Counted from the first letter of the stretch, positions 13,539 through 23,848 are shown. The stretch is 64,000 nt of DNA from an uncultured Thermoleophilia bacterium (GCA_963715985.1 CAVQSP010000013.1:320001-384000); one strand, 5' to 3'. The notes: generated by a model not told the origin, from the sequence alone. Numbers and translations are program-made.

Positions 13539-13889
13539 GTGGAGCAAGCAGTGTGGAAGGGGTGGCCTGTGTCCGGACCTAGCTGGGTCCCAACCATCGA
13601 CGACACCAAAGTGCGTGACGGCCAGTATGTGGCCGTGTATCCCAAGGGCCTCAGCGTGCTGCTCGTGCGCGTGGACGGCAGGGTGCATGCCGTGGCCAAC
13701 AAGTGCGCCCACATGGCCTGTCCGCTCGAGGGCGGCAAGCTCGTCGGGCCCGTGCTCACGTGCCCGTGCCACGACTGGCGCTTCGACGTGCGCACCGGTG
13801 CGTTCCTCGATGCGCCCGAGCTCAGCGTCGCCACGTACGCGACCAAGGTCGAAGACGGCAAGGTGCTCGTCGACATCGGGGGGTCGTGA
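13539..13889 (+). CDS. Rieske [2Fe-2S] ferredoxin
   Basis: CAH...CPCH motifs; start uncertain. Confidence 0.9.
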   Translation: MEQAVWKGWPVSGPSWVPTIDDTKVRDGQYVAVYPKGLSVLLVRVDGRVHAVANKCAHMACPLEGGKLVGPVLTCPCHDWRFDVRTGAFLDAPELSVATYATKVEDGKVLVDIGGS

Positions 13890-13891
13890 CC

Positions 13892-14152
13892 ATGGTCGAC
13901 GAGGTCATCGTGTACGCGCTCAGCACCTGCCCCTGGTGCCGCAAGACGAAGAAGTGGTTCGAGGACGGCAAGATCCCGTACGAGTGCGTCGAAGTCGATA
14001 CGCTGCCCGACGACGAACAAGACGCCGTCGCCGACAAGGCCTACGAGCTCAGCGGCGGCCGCCGCTTCCCCGTGGTCGTCATCAACGGCGAGGTGATCGT
14101 GGGCTACAGCCCCGACAAGTTCCTCGAGCATCTCAAGGGCTGGGGAGGGTGA
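13892..14152 (+). CDS. Glutaredoxin/NrdH-like redoxin
   Basis: YALSTCPWC, FPVVVINGEVIVG. Confidence 0.9.
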   Translation: MVDEVIVYALSTCPWCRKTKKWFEDGKIPYECVEVDTLPDDEQDAVADKAYELSGGRRFPVVVINGEVIVGYSPDKFLEHLKGWGG

Positions 14153-14154
14153 CC

Positions 14155-14481
14155 ATGGGCAACGAAGCGCGCAAGGAATCCCTCCGCTATCTGTTCGACC
14201 GCGTGGTGGAGCCGATGGGGTTCAAGTTCTCGCCCGACGAGGAGCTCGTGGACGAGCTGCTGGAGGCCGAGGCCAAGACCGAGCAGGACCTCGGCGCACC
14301 ATACTGCCCCTGCCAGGGGCGCAGCGGCGTGCGCGCCGAGGACATGCGGATCTGCTGCCCGTGCATCCCGTTCCACCGCGAGCACTTCGACGCGATGAAG
14401 CGCTGCTGGTGCGGTCTGTTCGTCCACCTGGACGTCACCGACCCGGACAGCCTGCCCCAGTTCCCGCCGGACGAGGTCTGA
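14155..14481 (+). CDS. Ferredoxin-thioredoxin reductase catalytic subunit-like protein
   Basis: YCPC, CCPC, CWCGLF motifs; GGAGGG RBS. Confidence 0.88.
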   Translation: MGNEARKESLRYLFDRVVEPMGFKFSPDEELVDELLEAEAKTEQDLGAPYCPCQGRSGVRAEDMRICCPCIPFHREHFDAMKRCWCGLFVHLDVTDPDSLPQFPPDEV

Positions 14482-14483
14482 CC

Positions 14484-14873
14484 ATGTGGCACGAAGTAGC
14501 GAAGCTCGACGACATCGCCCCCGGCGGCATGAAGTACGTGCGCGCCGAGGACCGCGAGATCTGCCTGTGTGAGTACGACGGCTCCATCTACGCCGTGAGC
14601 CGCCGCTGCGGGCACGAGAACGCGCCGCTCGACCAGGGTTCGCTGGAGGGCTGGATCATCACGTGCCCGCTGCACAACGGCCAGTTCGACATCCGCAGCG
14701 GCGTCAATCTGGCCTGGCCCCTCGACCACGACATGGGTGACCCGGCGGCCATCCCCGAGCCGGTGAAGCGCTGGTTCACGCTCGAACACAGGCTGCAGTG
14801 GAAGACCCGTGTGCACGACCTGCACACGTACGCGGTGCGCGTCAGCGACGGCACCATCGAAGTAGACATCTGA
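14484..14873 (+). CDS. Rieske [2Fe-2S] ferredoxin with C-terminal insertion
   Basis: RCGH...CPLH. Confidence 0.88.
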   Translation: MWHEVAKLDDIAPGGMKYVRAEDREICLCEYDGSIYAVSRRCGHENAPLDQGSLEGWIITCPLHNGQFDIRSGVNLAWPLDHDMGDPAAIPEPVKRWFTLEHRLQWKTRVHDLHTYAVRVSDGTIEVDI

Positions 14874-14914
14874 GCGGCGCACCAGACCCGCTCCGACCAC
14901 GTCAAGGAGGACCT

Positions 14915-15517
14915 ATGGCCTTTGAACTCCCGCCCCTTCCGTACGCGGAAGACGCGCTCGAGCCCGACTACTCGGCGCGCACGATCAGCTTCCACTACGG
15001 CAAGCACCACAAGACCTACGTGGACACGCTCAACAAGCTCGTCGCCGGCACCGACCTCGAGGGCAAGAGCCTCGAGGACGTGGTGATGGCGGTGGCCGGC
15101 AAGGCCGACAAGCAGGCCGTGTTCAACAACGCGGCCCAGGTGTGGAACCACACGTTCTTCTGGAGCAGCATGAAGCCGGGCGGCGGTGGCGCACCCGGCG
15201 GCGAGCTGGGCGAGAAGGTCGTCGCCACGTTCGGCAGCTACGAGAAGTTCGTCGAGGACTTCAAGGCCGCGGCCGCCGGGCGCTTCGGCAGCGGCTGGGT
15301 GTGGCTCGTCATCGACAACGGCGACCTCAAGATCGTCAGCACGCCCAACGCCGAGATGCCGGTGGCGCCGGGCGTCACCCCGCTGCTCGTCGTGGACGTG
15401 TGGGAGCACGCGTACTACCTCGACTACCAGAACCTGCGTCCGGGCTACGTGCAGGTGGTCTTCGACAAGCTCGCCAACTGGGACTTCGCGGCCGCGAACC
15501 TGGCCGCCGCCAAGTAG
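14915..15517 (+). CDS. sodB: Fe/Mn superoxide dismutase (Fe-type residues)
   Basis: HYGKHH, FNNAAQVWNHTFFW, FGSGW, DVWEHAYY. Confidence 0.93.
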   Translation: MAFELPPLPYAEDALEPDYSARTISFHYGKHHKTYVDTLNKLVAGTDLEGKSLEDVVMAVAGKADKQAVFNNAAQVWNHTFFWSSMKPGGGGAPGGELGEKVVATFGSYEKFVEDFKAAAAGRFGSGWVWLVIDNGDLKIVSTPNAEMPVAPGVTPLLVVDVWEHAYYLDYQNLRPGYVQVVFDKLANWDFAAANLAAAK

Positions 15518-15649
15518 CGAGCGCAACGATCCGACACGGCGCGAGCCGCGCATCCCCCATCGCAGGTGGGTGTATGGCCGGGGCCGGCGGGCGAGAGCCC
15601 GCCGGCCCCGGCCGCGTACGGGGGCGGCGCCTGCCGGCCTTCGGGTGCG

Positions 15650-16876
15650 TCACACCGCCGCGTCCAGCGGGTCCCGTTCCCCGCCGTGGGCGAACGCGTC
15701 GCCGTCGTCCCCGGCCAGCAGTTTGAGGTAGCTGGCGTAGCGGCTGCGCGAGACGCCGCCGTCCTCGACGGCGGCCTTGACCGCGCAGCCGGGCTCATGG
15801 GTGTGTGTGCAGTCGCGGTACCTGCAGCGCACGGCGTGCGGCGCGAACTCGACGAACCCGTCTGCGAGCGGGGTCGGGTCGGCGTCATCGACGGTGAAGC
15901 GACGGATCCCCGGCGTGTCGATGACGCGGACGCCGCCGGGCAGGTCGTACAGGCTTGACGCCGAGGTGGTGTGGCGGCCGCGGCCATCGCCGGCGCGCAC
16001 AGCGCCGGTCTTCGCCGCGGCCGAGGCGTGCAGGGCGTTGAGCAACGACGACTTGCCGACCCCGCTCTGGCCGACGAAGACGCAGGTGGCGTCGGCCAGC
16101 TCGCCGCGCAGCTCCTCGATACCCTCCCCGCTGGCGGCGCTGCAGCCGATCACCGGGAGGCCGAGCGAGCGGTACGGCTGCAGGCGTACAAGCATGGCGG
16201 AGCGCTCGTCGCTGTCGAGAAGGTCGACCTTGTTGACGGCGAGGGCGGCCCGTGCCCCCGAGCTTTGGACGGCCACGAGGTAGCGGTCGATGAGCCGGGG
16301 GTGCAGCGGCGGTGCCTTGGCGGCGACCACCACGACGACGACGTCGACGTTGGCGGCGATCGCGCGCGAGCGCCGCGCATCATGCGGATCGGCGCGCGTG
16401 AGGAGGCTGCGCCGCGGCAGGACCGCGGCCACTCGGTGACCCTCGCCGCGCGGCTCGAGCAGGACTTCGTCGCCCACGGCGAGGCCGCTCTGCTGGCGGC
16501 GCGTCAGATCGGCCGGCAGGACCGCGGCCAGCTGGTCGTGGCCGGCCTGCACGACGCAGGCGCCGGCGCTCACGGCCACGACGGTGCCCCGCCGGCCGCC
16601 GTCCGGACCCGGCGAGGGGACGGCGTCGCCGGCCGCCGCGTCCGCGAAGCCGGCCGCGGCTTCGGCCTGCTCGTCCAGGAGCCGCAGCAGGAAGTCCTCG
16701 GTCTCCGGGCGGTGCCCGTCCCCGCTCATCGTGCGGAGCGCCGCCTTGCGCAGCTTGGCGGCGCGCTTGGTGAGGCGGTTGCGCTCGCCCGTGTCCAAGG
16801 CGGCGAGCAGCGCCCGCAGTCTTCTTCTTTGTCGCTTGTCCATAGTGGGGTATGCCCTTCCGTCGGGTTCTGTCAC
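15650..16876 (-). CDS. rsgA: Ribosome small subunit-dependent GTPase A
   Basis: NKVD, GQSGVGKSS, GRHTT, DTPG, CRYRDCTHTHEPGC. Confidence 0.92.
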   Translation of the reverse strand: MTEPDGRAYPTMDKRQRRRLRALLAALDTGERNRLTKRAAKLRKAALRTMSGDGHRPETEDFLLRLLDEQAEAAAGFADAAAGDAVPSPGPDGGRRGTVVAVSAGACVVQAGHDQLAAVLPADLTRRQQSGLAVGDEVLLEPRGEGHRVAAVLPRRSLLTRADPHDARRSRAIAANVDVVVVVVAAKAPPLHPRLIDRYLVAVQSSGARAALAVNKVDLLDSDERSAMLVRLQPYRSLGLPVIGCSAASGEGIEELRGELADATCVFVGQSGVGKSSLLNALHASAAAKTGAVRAGDGRGRHTTSASSLYDLPGGVRVIDTPGIRRFTVDDADPTPLADGFVEFAPHAVRCRYRDCTHTHEPGCAVKAAVEDGGVSRSRYASYLKLLAGDDGDAFAHGGERDPLDAAV

Positions 16877-16986
16877 GGCGCGCCGGCGGCGGACGGCCGC
16901 GCCCGGGCCTCACCCGGCGGGAGGGAGGGACGAGAGAGCCGCCTCAAGGGCGGCCGCGAAGAGAAACGCTCAGGACGAGCGGGGCG

Positions 16987-17046
16987 CTACGACGCGACCC
17001 TCGCGAGGGGTGACGCGATGCTGCCGTGGAGAGATCTGGCCGTCAT
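16987..17046 (-). promoter_or_regulatory. Putative 19-codon leader ORF upstream of rsgA
   Basis: GGAGGAGG RBS, ATG at 17046, MTARSLHGSIASPLARVAS*, then GC hairpins and pyrimidine tracts. Confidence 0.4.
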
Positions 17047-17246
17047 GGTGTCGCCTCCTCCGTCGTGGGGATGGGTCGCAGAGCGGGACGAGTCTACTCG
17101 CTCGGCCTACAACGCTCAAGGAGACGCTCCGGCGTCACCCGGCGCCGGCGGCGTTCCCACCCCAGCGCGACGGGGGTACGATGGACTGCGGAATCGGAGG
17201 TCGGCCGGCCTGCGCTCGTGATCTCGCCGGCGCGAAAGGAGGAGAG

Positions 17247-17651
17247 ATGTTCAAGGGGTTCCGCGAGTTCATCATGCGGGGCAACGTCGTCGACCTCGCA
17301 GTGGCCGTGGTCATCGGCGCTGCCTTCGGCGCGGTCGTCAAGGCGTTCGTGGACAACATCATCACGCCCATCATCGCGGCGATCTTCGGCCAGCCCGACT
17401 TCTCGGGCCTGTACTTCACGGTCAACGGGAGCATGTTCAAGTACGGGCTGTTCATCAACGCGCTCATCTCGTTCCTGCTGGTCGCCGCCGCCATCTACTA
17501 CGTCGTGGTCCTGCCGATGAACAAGATGGCCGAGCGCAAGAAGCGCGGCCAGGACCCGGAGACCAAGACGTGCCCCGAGTGCCTCAGCGAGATCCCCCAC
17601 GCGGCCCGCAAGTGCGCGTTCTGCAGCTCGACGCAGGAGGGCGCGGCCTGA
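17247..17651 (+). CDS. mscL: Large-conductance mechanosensitive channel with C-terminal zinc ribbon
   Basis: FREFIMRGNVVDLAVAVVIGAAF; tail CPEC...CAFC. Confidence 0.95.
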   Translation: MFKGFREFIMRGNVVDLAVAVVIGAAFGAVVKAFVDNIITPIIAAIFGQPDFSGLYFTVNGSMFKYGLFINALISFLLVAAAIYYVVVLPMNKMAERKKRGQDPETKTCPECLSEIPHAARKCAFCSSTQEGAA

Positions 17652-19205
17652 TGTCCGACTTCGGCCAGACGATCGCGACCGCCTACGCCGCGGACGGGCC
17701 GGCCCTCGACCTGGGCCGCGGCGTTCACGACGGCGCCGTGGTCCCGGAGGCCGTCGTCACGCGTGCCGCTGGGCATGCTGAGCCGCCACGGCCTCGTGGC
17801 CGGCGCCACGGGCACCGGCAAGACCAAGACCCTGCAGGGCATGGCGGAGCAGCTCTCGAGCGCGGGCGTGCCGGTCTTCGTGGCGGACGTCAAGGGCGAC
17901 CTCTCGGGTCTCGCGGTCGCCGGCGCCTCTGAAGGTCCCGCCGTCAAGCGCGCCGCCGAACTGGGCATCACCTTCGCACCGGCGGCGTTCCCGGTCGAGT
18001 TCCTCTCCCTCGGCGGCATCGGACCCGGCGTGCCGGTGCGGGCCACGGTCTCGGACTTCGGCCCCCAGCTCCTGGCCAAGGTGCTCAAGGCCAACGAGAC
18101 TCAGGAGCAGAGCCTCGGACTCATCTTCCGATACGCCGACCAGAAGGGCCTGCCGCTTCTCGATCTCAGCGACCTGCGCGCCCTGCTGACCTTTCTCGAC
18201 TCCGACGCCGGCAACGCCGAGCTGGCCGGCATCGGCGGCCTGGCCTCGGCGACGGTCGGCGTGCTCCTGCGTGCCCTCGTCGGCCTGGAGGATGGGGGCG
18301 GTACCGAGTTCTTCGGCGAGCCCCAGTTCGCCATCGGCGACCTCCTGAGAGTCGGCGCCCGACGGCCGCGGCATCATCTCCTGCCTGGAGCTGCCCGCCG
18401 TGCAGGACAGACCGGTGCTGTTCTCCACGGCGCTCATGTGGATGCTCGCCGAGCTGTTCGAGGAGCTGCCCGAGGTCGGCGACCTGGAGAAGCCCAAGCT
18501 CGTGTTCTTCTTCGACGAGGCGCACCTGCTCTTCAACGGCGCCACTGAGGCCTTCCTGGACTCGGTCACCCAGACGGTGCGCCTCATCCGCTCAAAGGGC
18601 GTGGGCGTGTTCTTCATCACCCAGGTGCCCAAGGACGTGCCCGCCGACGTCCTCGGCCAGCTGGGCAATCGCGTGCAGCACGCACTGCGCGCGTTCACCC
18701 CGGACGACGCCAAGGCCCTGAAGGCGGCAGTGTCCACGTATCCCACGTCCGAGTTCTACGACATCGCCGCCCTCCTGACCCAGATGGGCATCGGCGAGGC
18801 TGCGGTGACGATCCTCTCGTCCCGCGGCGTGCCGACCCCGGTGGTGCACACGCGCATGCGGCCGCCCAGCTCACGCATGGCGCCGGCCGACGACGTCGAG
18901 GCGGTCGCGAAGGCCTCGCCGCTGTGGGCGAAGTACGGCACCAGGGTCGACGCGCAGAGCGCCCGCGAGATGCTGGCTGCGCGTCTCCAGCCTGTGCCGG
19001 CGCGCCGGCCGCGTCCCCGGCGCAGTCGCGCGCCTCCGGCCCCCGCGCGCCGGCGCCGAGACCGACGGCCGAGCACAAGCAGGCCGGCCGAGCGATGGCC
19101 GGCGGCGTCGACGTCCTCGGCCAGTTCCTCACCTCCCGCCAGGGCAAGGCCGTGCAACGTCAGGTGGTCCGCGGCCTCTTCGGCCTGCTCAAGAAGTCAC
19201 TCTAG
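17651..19205 (+). CDS. DUF853/YjgR HerA-like ATPase, about three apparent frameshifts (~17760, ~18355, ~19000)
   Basis: RHGLVAGATGTGKTKTLQ, DVKGDLSGL, FFDEAHLLF, RLIRSKGVG, QHALRAFTP, RGLFG tail. Confidence 0.88.
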
Positions 19206-19325
19206 GGAGGCGGGCCGCGGGAGGGCACTGGACGCTGGGGCGCGGGGCGGGGCGTCACGCCCGGCCCCGCGCTTCTGGTAAGGTCACTCTCCCAGCCAGC
19301 ACCCGAGCCGGAGGACTCCAGCGTC

Positions 19326-21125
19326 ATGTCCCTGCTGCGCCTCGACGTGGACGACCGGCAGGTCGTCATGCACACGGCCGGCGCCGTGTGCGCCAGCACC
19401 CAGGAGCTCGTGGAGAGCGCCGCCTTCGCGCGCGTGCTGGGCCTCTACCTCGACCACCTCGAGACATACGACCCTCTGGCGCTCGACGACCTCGGGCTGG
19501 ACCAGGTGGGGGATCTCGACTTCGGCCGCGACGACAGGGCGGGCGCCGGCGATCCGCGGCGCGCCCGCCTGCTCGACCTGCTGCGCCTGCTCGCCAACAA
19601 CCCGCTCGAGCGCGTGGCGCGCACCTGGGCTGGGGCCGGCGACCTGCTGACGCGCCGCGACCGCCTGCACGAGTTCGTGGAGGGGCTCTACGACTTCTGG
19701 CGGCACTGGGACAGGTTCCTGATCGTGCGCGCCGAGGCGGCCGCCGAGCCCGGGGATGCGCGCCCGTTGCGCGGCTTCACCGACACCGTCGAAGTCCTCG
19801 GCCAGCTCGTGCGCACGCTGTACCGCAACGTGGCGGAGCACGTCACCGGAGGGCGGCCGCGCGTGTACCGCCAGGTCGCGGCCGGCGCCGAGATGGGCGT
19901 CTACGTCACGCCGCAGAAGTGGCCGGCGCCGGCGCGCTACCGCGAGCTGCTCGCCGGCATCCCCTTCGTGCGCCACCTGCTCATGTATCCGCCCATGCTG
20001 CTCGACCCGCCGGCCACGACCCGTACCGGCGTGTTCTCCGAGGTACAGGACAACCCGCTGGACGGCCTCTCGCTGCAGCGCGAGGAGTGGCTGTGCTACC
20101 CCGCTCTGGTCGGCCGGCTGGTGGTGTTCGTGTACTTCCACCAGCGCTTCGCCGGCCTAGGCCTCAGCCTGGCCAACCTGTTCGAGGTGGCCTCCGACGA
20201 GGAGATCGCCGCCGGCCCCGACGCCGTGTACCTGTACGGCGTCCCCCCGGCGGCTCTCGCCCGTTACGGCGAGCTGCCCACCGTCTTCCACGACGACGAG
20301 GCCCGGCGCCTGCTCGTGGCGGCGGTCCCCCTCGAGGACCGCTTCGGCTACTTCGGCTACCTCAAGAAGATGGTCCTCACGCTGCACAACGTCGCCGTGA
20401 TGGACCGGGGCCTCATGCCGTTCCACGGCGCCTACGTACGCCTCGGGCTGGCCGGCGGCCGCACGGCCAGCGTCCTCATCATCGGGGACACGGCCACCGG
20501 CAAGTCGGAGACCCTGGAGGCTCTGCGCGTGGTGGGGGACGAGCGCATCCGTGAGGTGCGCGTGATCGCCGACGACATGGGCTCGCTCGAAGTGGCGGCC
20601 GACGGCCGCCTTCTGGGCTACGGCACCGAGATCGGCGCCTTCGTGCGCCTCGACGACCTGCAGCAGGGCTTCGCCTTCGGGCAGATGGACCGCGCCGTCA
20701 TCATGAGCCCCACCAGGGTCAATGCCCGCGTGGTGCTGCCGGTCACGTCGCTCGAGCACGTGCTGCGCGGCTACCCCGTCGACTACCTGCTCTACGCCAA
20801 CAACTACGAGGCCGTGGACGCCGGGCACGCGGTGCTCGAGAGGCTGCCTGACGCCGCGGCGGCGCTGGCCGTGTTCGGCGAAGGCACGGCGATGTCCAAG
20901 GGCACCACCAGCGCGACCGGGCTCACGCACAGCCTCTTCGCCAACCCGTTCGGACCGGCCCAGCGCCCGGAGCAGCACCAACGGCTGGCGCAGGCGACGT
21001 TCGCGGCGGCGTTCGCGGCCGGCGTGTACGTGGGGCAGCTGCGCACGCAGCTGGGGTTGCCCGGCGCCGGCGTCGCCGGCCCACGCGCCGCCGCCGAGGC
21101 CCTGCTGGAGCTCATCGCCGGCTGA
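19326..21125 (+). CDS. PEP carboxykinase-like P-loop protein
   Basis: [49 protein letters not shown]. Confidence 0.75.
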   Translation: MSLLRLDVDDRQVVMHTAGAVCASTQELVESAAFARVLGLYLDHLETYDPLALDDLGLDQVGDLDFGRDDRAGAGDPRRARLLDLLRLLANNPLERVARTWAGAGDLLTRRDRLHEFVEGLYDFWRHWDRFLIVRAEAAAEPGDARPLRGFTDTVEVLGQLVRTLYRNVAEHVTGGRPRVYRQVAAGAEMGVYVTPQKWPAPARYRELLAGIPFVRHLLMYPPMLLDPPATTRTGVFSEVQDNPLDGLSLQREEWLCYPALVGRLVVFVYFHQRFAGLGLSLANLFEVASDEEIAAGPDAVYLYGVPPAALARYGELPTVFHDDEARRLLVAAVPLEDRFGYFGYLKKMVLTLHNVAVMDRGLMPFHGAYVRLGLAGGRTASVLIIGDTATGKSETLEALRVVGDERIREVRVIADDMGSLEVAADGRLLGYGTEIGAFVRLDDLQQGFAFGQMDRAVIMSPTRVNARVVLPVTSLEHVLRGYPVDYLLYANNYEAVDAGHAVLERLPDAAAALAVFGEGTAMSKGTTSATGLTHSLFANPFGPAQRPEQHQRLAQATFAAAFAAGVYVGQLRTQLGLPGAGVAGPRAAAEALLELIAG

Positions 21126-21163
21126 CCGCCGGCCTGTCGACCACAGAGAGGAGCGTGACGTCC

Positions 21164-22036
21164 GTGGCAACGCTGTACGAATCCAACGAGACCGCCTGGG
21201 AGCTCATCGCCAGGGGCAAGGTGCGCGACGTGTACGCCTTCGCTCCCAACCAGATGCTCATCGTGACCAGCGACCGCCTCTCCGCCTTCGACGTCATCCT
21301 CCCGACTCCCATCCCCGACAAGGGCGTGGTGCTCACGCAGATCTCGAACTTCTGGTTCGCCAAGACCAGCGCCGTGATCGCGAACCACCTCGTGGATCCG
21401 GACCCGTTCAGCACCGACGACGAGCACGCGCACCTGGCGGGCCGCTCGGTGGTGGTGCACAGGGCCGAGGCGCTGCCCGTGGAGGCCATCGTGCGCGGCT
21501 ATCTCACCGGGTCGGGACGCAAAGACTACGAGAAGACCGGGCAGGTGTGCGGCATCCCGCTCCCGGAGGGCCTCGTGGAGGCCAGCCGGCTGCCGGAGCC
21601 GCTGTTCACGCCGTCGACCAAGGCGGAGGTCGGCACGCACGACGAGAACATCCCGTTCGCGAAGATGGCCGACCTCATCGGCGTCGATCTGGCCGAGCGG
21701 GTGCGTGACGCGGCGCTCGAGCTCTACAGCTTCGGCGCCGCCTATGCCCTGGAGCGCGGCATCATCATCGCCGACACCAAGTTCGAGTTCGGCCTCCTCG
21801 ACGGCGAGCTCATCCTCATCGACGAGGCCCTGACGCCGGACTCGTCGAGGTTCTGGCCGGCCGACGGCTACGAGCCCGGCCAGAGCCAGCCCAGCTACGA
21901 CAAGCAGTACGTACGCGACTACCTCGAGACGCTGGACTGGGACAAGACGGCGCCCGGCCCTGCCCTGCCCGACGACGTGGCGGCGCGCACGAGCGAGAAG
22001 TACCGGGAGGCGTGGCGCCGCCTGACGCAGGCGTGA
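21164..22036 (+). CDS. purC: SAICAR synthase
   Basis: [38 protein letters not shown]. Confidence 0.96.
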   Translation: MATLYESNETAWELIARGKVRDVYAFAPNQMLIVTSDRLSAFDVILPTPIPDKGVVLTQISNFWFAKTSAVIANHLVDPDPFSTDDEHAHLAGRSVVVHRAEALPVEAIVRGYLTGSGRKDYEKTGQVCGIPLPEGLVEASRLPEPLFTPSTKAEVGTHDENIPFAKMADLIGVDLAERVRDAALELYSFGAAYALERGIIIADTKFEFGLLDGELILIDEALTPDSSRFWPADGYEPGQSQPSYDKQYVRDYLETLDWDKTAPGPALPDDVAARTSEKYREAWRRLTQA

Positions 22037-22111
22037 GCGGCGCCGGGCCGGGGCGGACGTGAGCGGCGCCGGCATGGCGAGGGCGTGAGCGGGCGGCCGT
22101 GAGCGGCGCCG
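22032..22111 (+). repeat. Four direct copies of CGTGAGCGG(CGCCG)
   Basis: Copies start at 22032, 22058, 22084, 22098. Confidence 0.7.
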
Positions 22112-22782
22112 ACCTCCCGGAAGCCGCGCTCTACTGGGAGGCGCGGTACGCGGCGGAGGGCAAGCTGTGGGGCGACGGCCCCAGCGAGCTGGCCCTGCTT
22201 GCCGTCGCGAGGCTGCGCGGCTTCGCCACGTCGGGACTGTCCATCCTGGACGTCGGCTGCGGGTACGGCCGCGACACCCGCTATCTGGCGGCCGAGCTTG
22301 GCTGCCGCGTGCTCGGGCTGGACCCGTCTCCGGCGGCCGTGGCGGCGGCACGCCGCCAGCGTTCGGCCGGCCTGCAGGACGACTACGAGGCCGGCGACCT
22401 GGCGACCTTCTCCGCCGGCCTCGCCGACGATGCCCGCTTCGACGCGGTGTTCGCGGCCAACGTCTACCACCTGCTGCAGCCGATCGGCCGGCGGGAGTTC
22501 GCGGCGGCGATGGGCGCCGCCGCGCGGCCCGGCGGCCTCCTCTACCTCAGTACGCTCTCGCCGCGCGACGCCCGGCACTACGCGGTGGGCAAGCCCGTGC
22601 TCGGCGAGGAGCGCAGCTGGGTCGACAAGGTCTACCTGCACTTCTGCACGGCCCCCGAGCTCGCCGCCGAACTGCGTGACTTCGAGGTCCTCGACCTCGA
22701 CGAGCGCAGCTACGAGGAGCGCAACGCCGGCGGCGTGGTGCATCACCACACGAGCTGGTTCCTGGAGGCCAGGCGGCGCTGA
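22099..22782 (+). CDS. Class I SAM-dependent methyltransferase
   Basis: ILDVGCGYGRD, GLDPS, FDAVF, RPGGLL. Confidence 0.88.
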   Translation: MSGADLPEAALYWEARYAAEGKLWGDGPSELALLAVARLRGFATSGLSILDVGCGYGRDTRYLAAELGCRVLGLDPSPAAVAAARRQRSAGLQDDYEAGDLATFSAGLADDARFDAVFAANVYHLLQPIGRREFAAAMGAAARPGGLLYLSTLSPRDARHYAVGKPVLGEERSWVDKVYLHFCTAPELAAELRDFEVLDLDERSYEERNAGGVVHHHTSWFLEARRR

Positions 22783-22817
22783 GGCGGCGCTGCGGCGGCG
22801 CCAGGTGTCCCGCGACG

Positions 22818-23021
22818 TCAGGGGGCCGGCCCGATGCGGTCGACCTCGCCGTCGGTCGAGATGACGTAGAGCTCCCCCGCCGCATCCTGAGCGAAGGATG
22901 TGATGCCGGGGAGCGCGCGGTCCGCGCCCGGCAGCGGCAGGGGGGTGCCGTGCGGGCCCTTCATCGCCCAGACGCGGCCGCCGGCGTAGTCGCCGAACAG
23001 GTACCAGCCGCGCTCGGCCGG
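22818..23021 (-). pseudogene. C-terminal remnant of a PQQ-dependent (glucose/sorbosone) dehydrogenase
   Basis: Manual translation ...RGWYLFGDYAGGRVWAM...ITSFAQDAAGELYVISTDGEVDRIGPAP*; no start or N-terminus. Confidence 0.7.
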
Positions 23022-23023
23022 CG

Positions 23024-23848
23024 TCAGCCGTAGATCGCGAGAAAGGCGGCGGCGCTGGCGTCCTCCGCCTCACGCACGAGCCCGCGCAGCAGCGCGAGAA
23101 GGGCTTCGTCCACGCGCAGGTAGCGCTCGTCCACTCGCGCCACCGGCACGATGCCGCGCACACTGCTGGTGAGCAGCATGCCGTCGTCGGCGCGCAGGTC
23201 CGACACGCGTGCGAACGCTTCAACGACGGTGAGGCCGTGCGCGCCGCCCAGCTCCTCTACTTTGGCGCGCAGCACGCCGGGCAGGATGGCGCCTTCCGCG
23301 GGTGGCGTGACGAGCCCGCCGCCGCGCACGAGGAACATGTTGGACGTGGCGCCCTCGAACATGCGCCCGTCCTCGTCCACGAGGATGGCGTCGTCGGCGC
23401 CTGCTGCCGTGGCGGCGCGCTGGGCCAGGTAGGACTGCATGACGGTCATCGCCTTGAGCTGGGCGCGCACGCGCACGCCGGGGTAGCTGATGACCCGCAG
23501 GGGCCGGTCGGGGAACACGCGGCGGTCCATCTGGATGAGCAGGTTGGGGGCGCCGCCCGGCGACCCGGCCGTGACGAGCACGCGGCAGGCGCCGTCCGGG
23601 ATGCCGCTCTCGCGGGACACGGTGCAGATCTGCGCGGCCATCTCCGTGCGGGGGTAGGGGCGCTCGAGCCCGAGCTCCACCAGGCCGCGGTCCAGACGCG
23701 CCACGTGCTCCTCGAAGAACACCGGTACGCCGCTCACCAGCTTGAGCGTCTCGTACAGGCCGAGGCCGTGTGTGAGGGCACGGTCGGTGACGGGCAGGAC
23801 GGCCTCTTCCGCTGGCAGCACGGTGCCGTTGAGCATGAGCACGGTCAT
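23024..23848 (-). CDS. Class IV PLP aminotransferase / 4-amino-4-deoxychorismate lyase-like
   Basis: DRALTHGLGLYET, EHVARL, EGATSN, ILPGVLR, TSS; adjacent to pabB-like gene. Confidence 0.88.
   Translation of the reverse strand: MTVLMLNGTVLPAEEAVLPVTDRALTHGLGLYETLKLVSGVPVFFEEHVARLDRGLVELGLERPYPRTEMAAQICTVSRESGIPDGACRVLVTAGSPGGAPNLLIQMDRRVFPDRPLRVISYPGVRVRAQLKAMTVMQSYLAQRAATAAGADDAILVDEDGRMFEGATSNMFLVRGGGLVTPPAEGAILPGVLRAKVEELGGAHGLTVVEAFARVSDLRADDGMLLTSSVRGIVPVARVDERYLRVDEALLALLRGLVREAEDASAAAFLAIYG

Noticed and set aside
16925-17060. Glycine riboswitch-like words on + strand (GAGAGA..hairpin..GAAG..CTCAGG..GGAGAGA)
   Set aside because: P3 region too short, second aptamer lacks GAAG/CTCAGG, and downstream mscL is unrelated; the minus-strand leader reading fits better. 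An Rfam scan would settle it.
22032-22111. Mini CRISPR array
   Set aside because: Repeats only 9-15 nt with 11-nt or shorter gaps; no cas genes.
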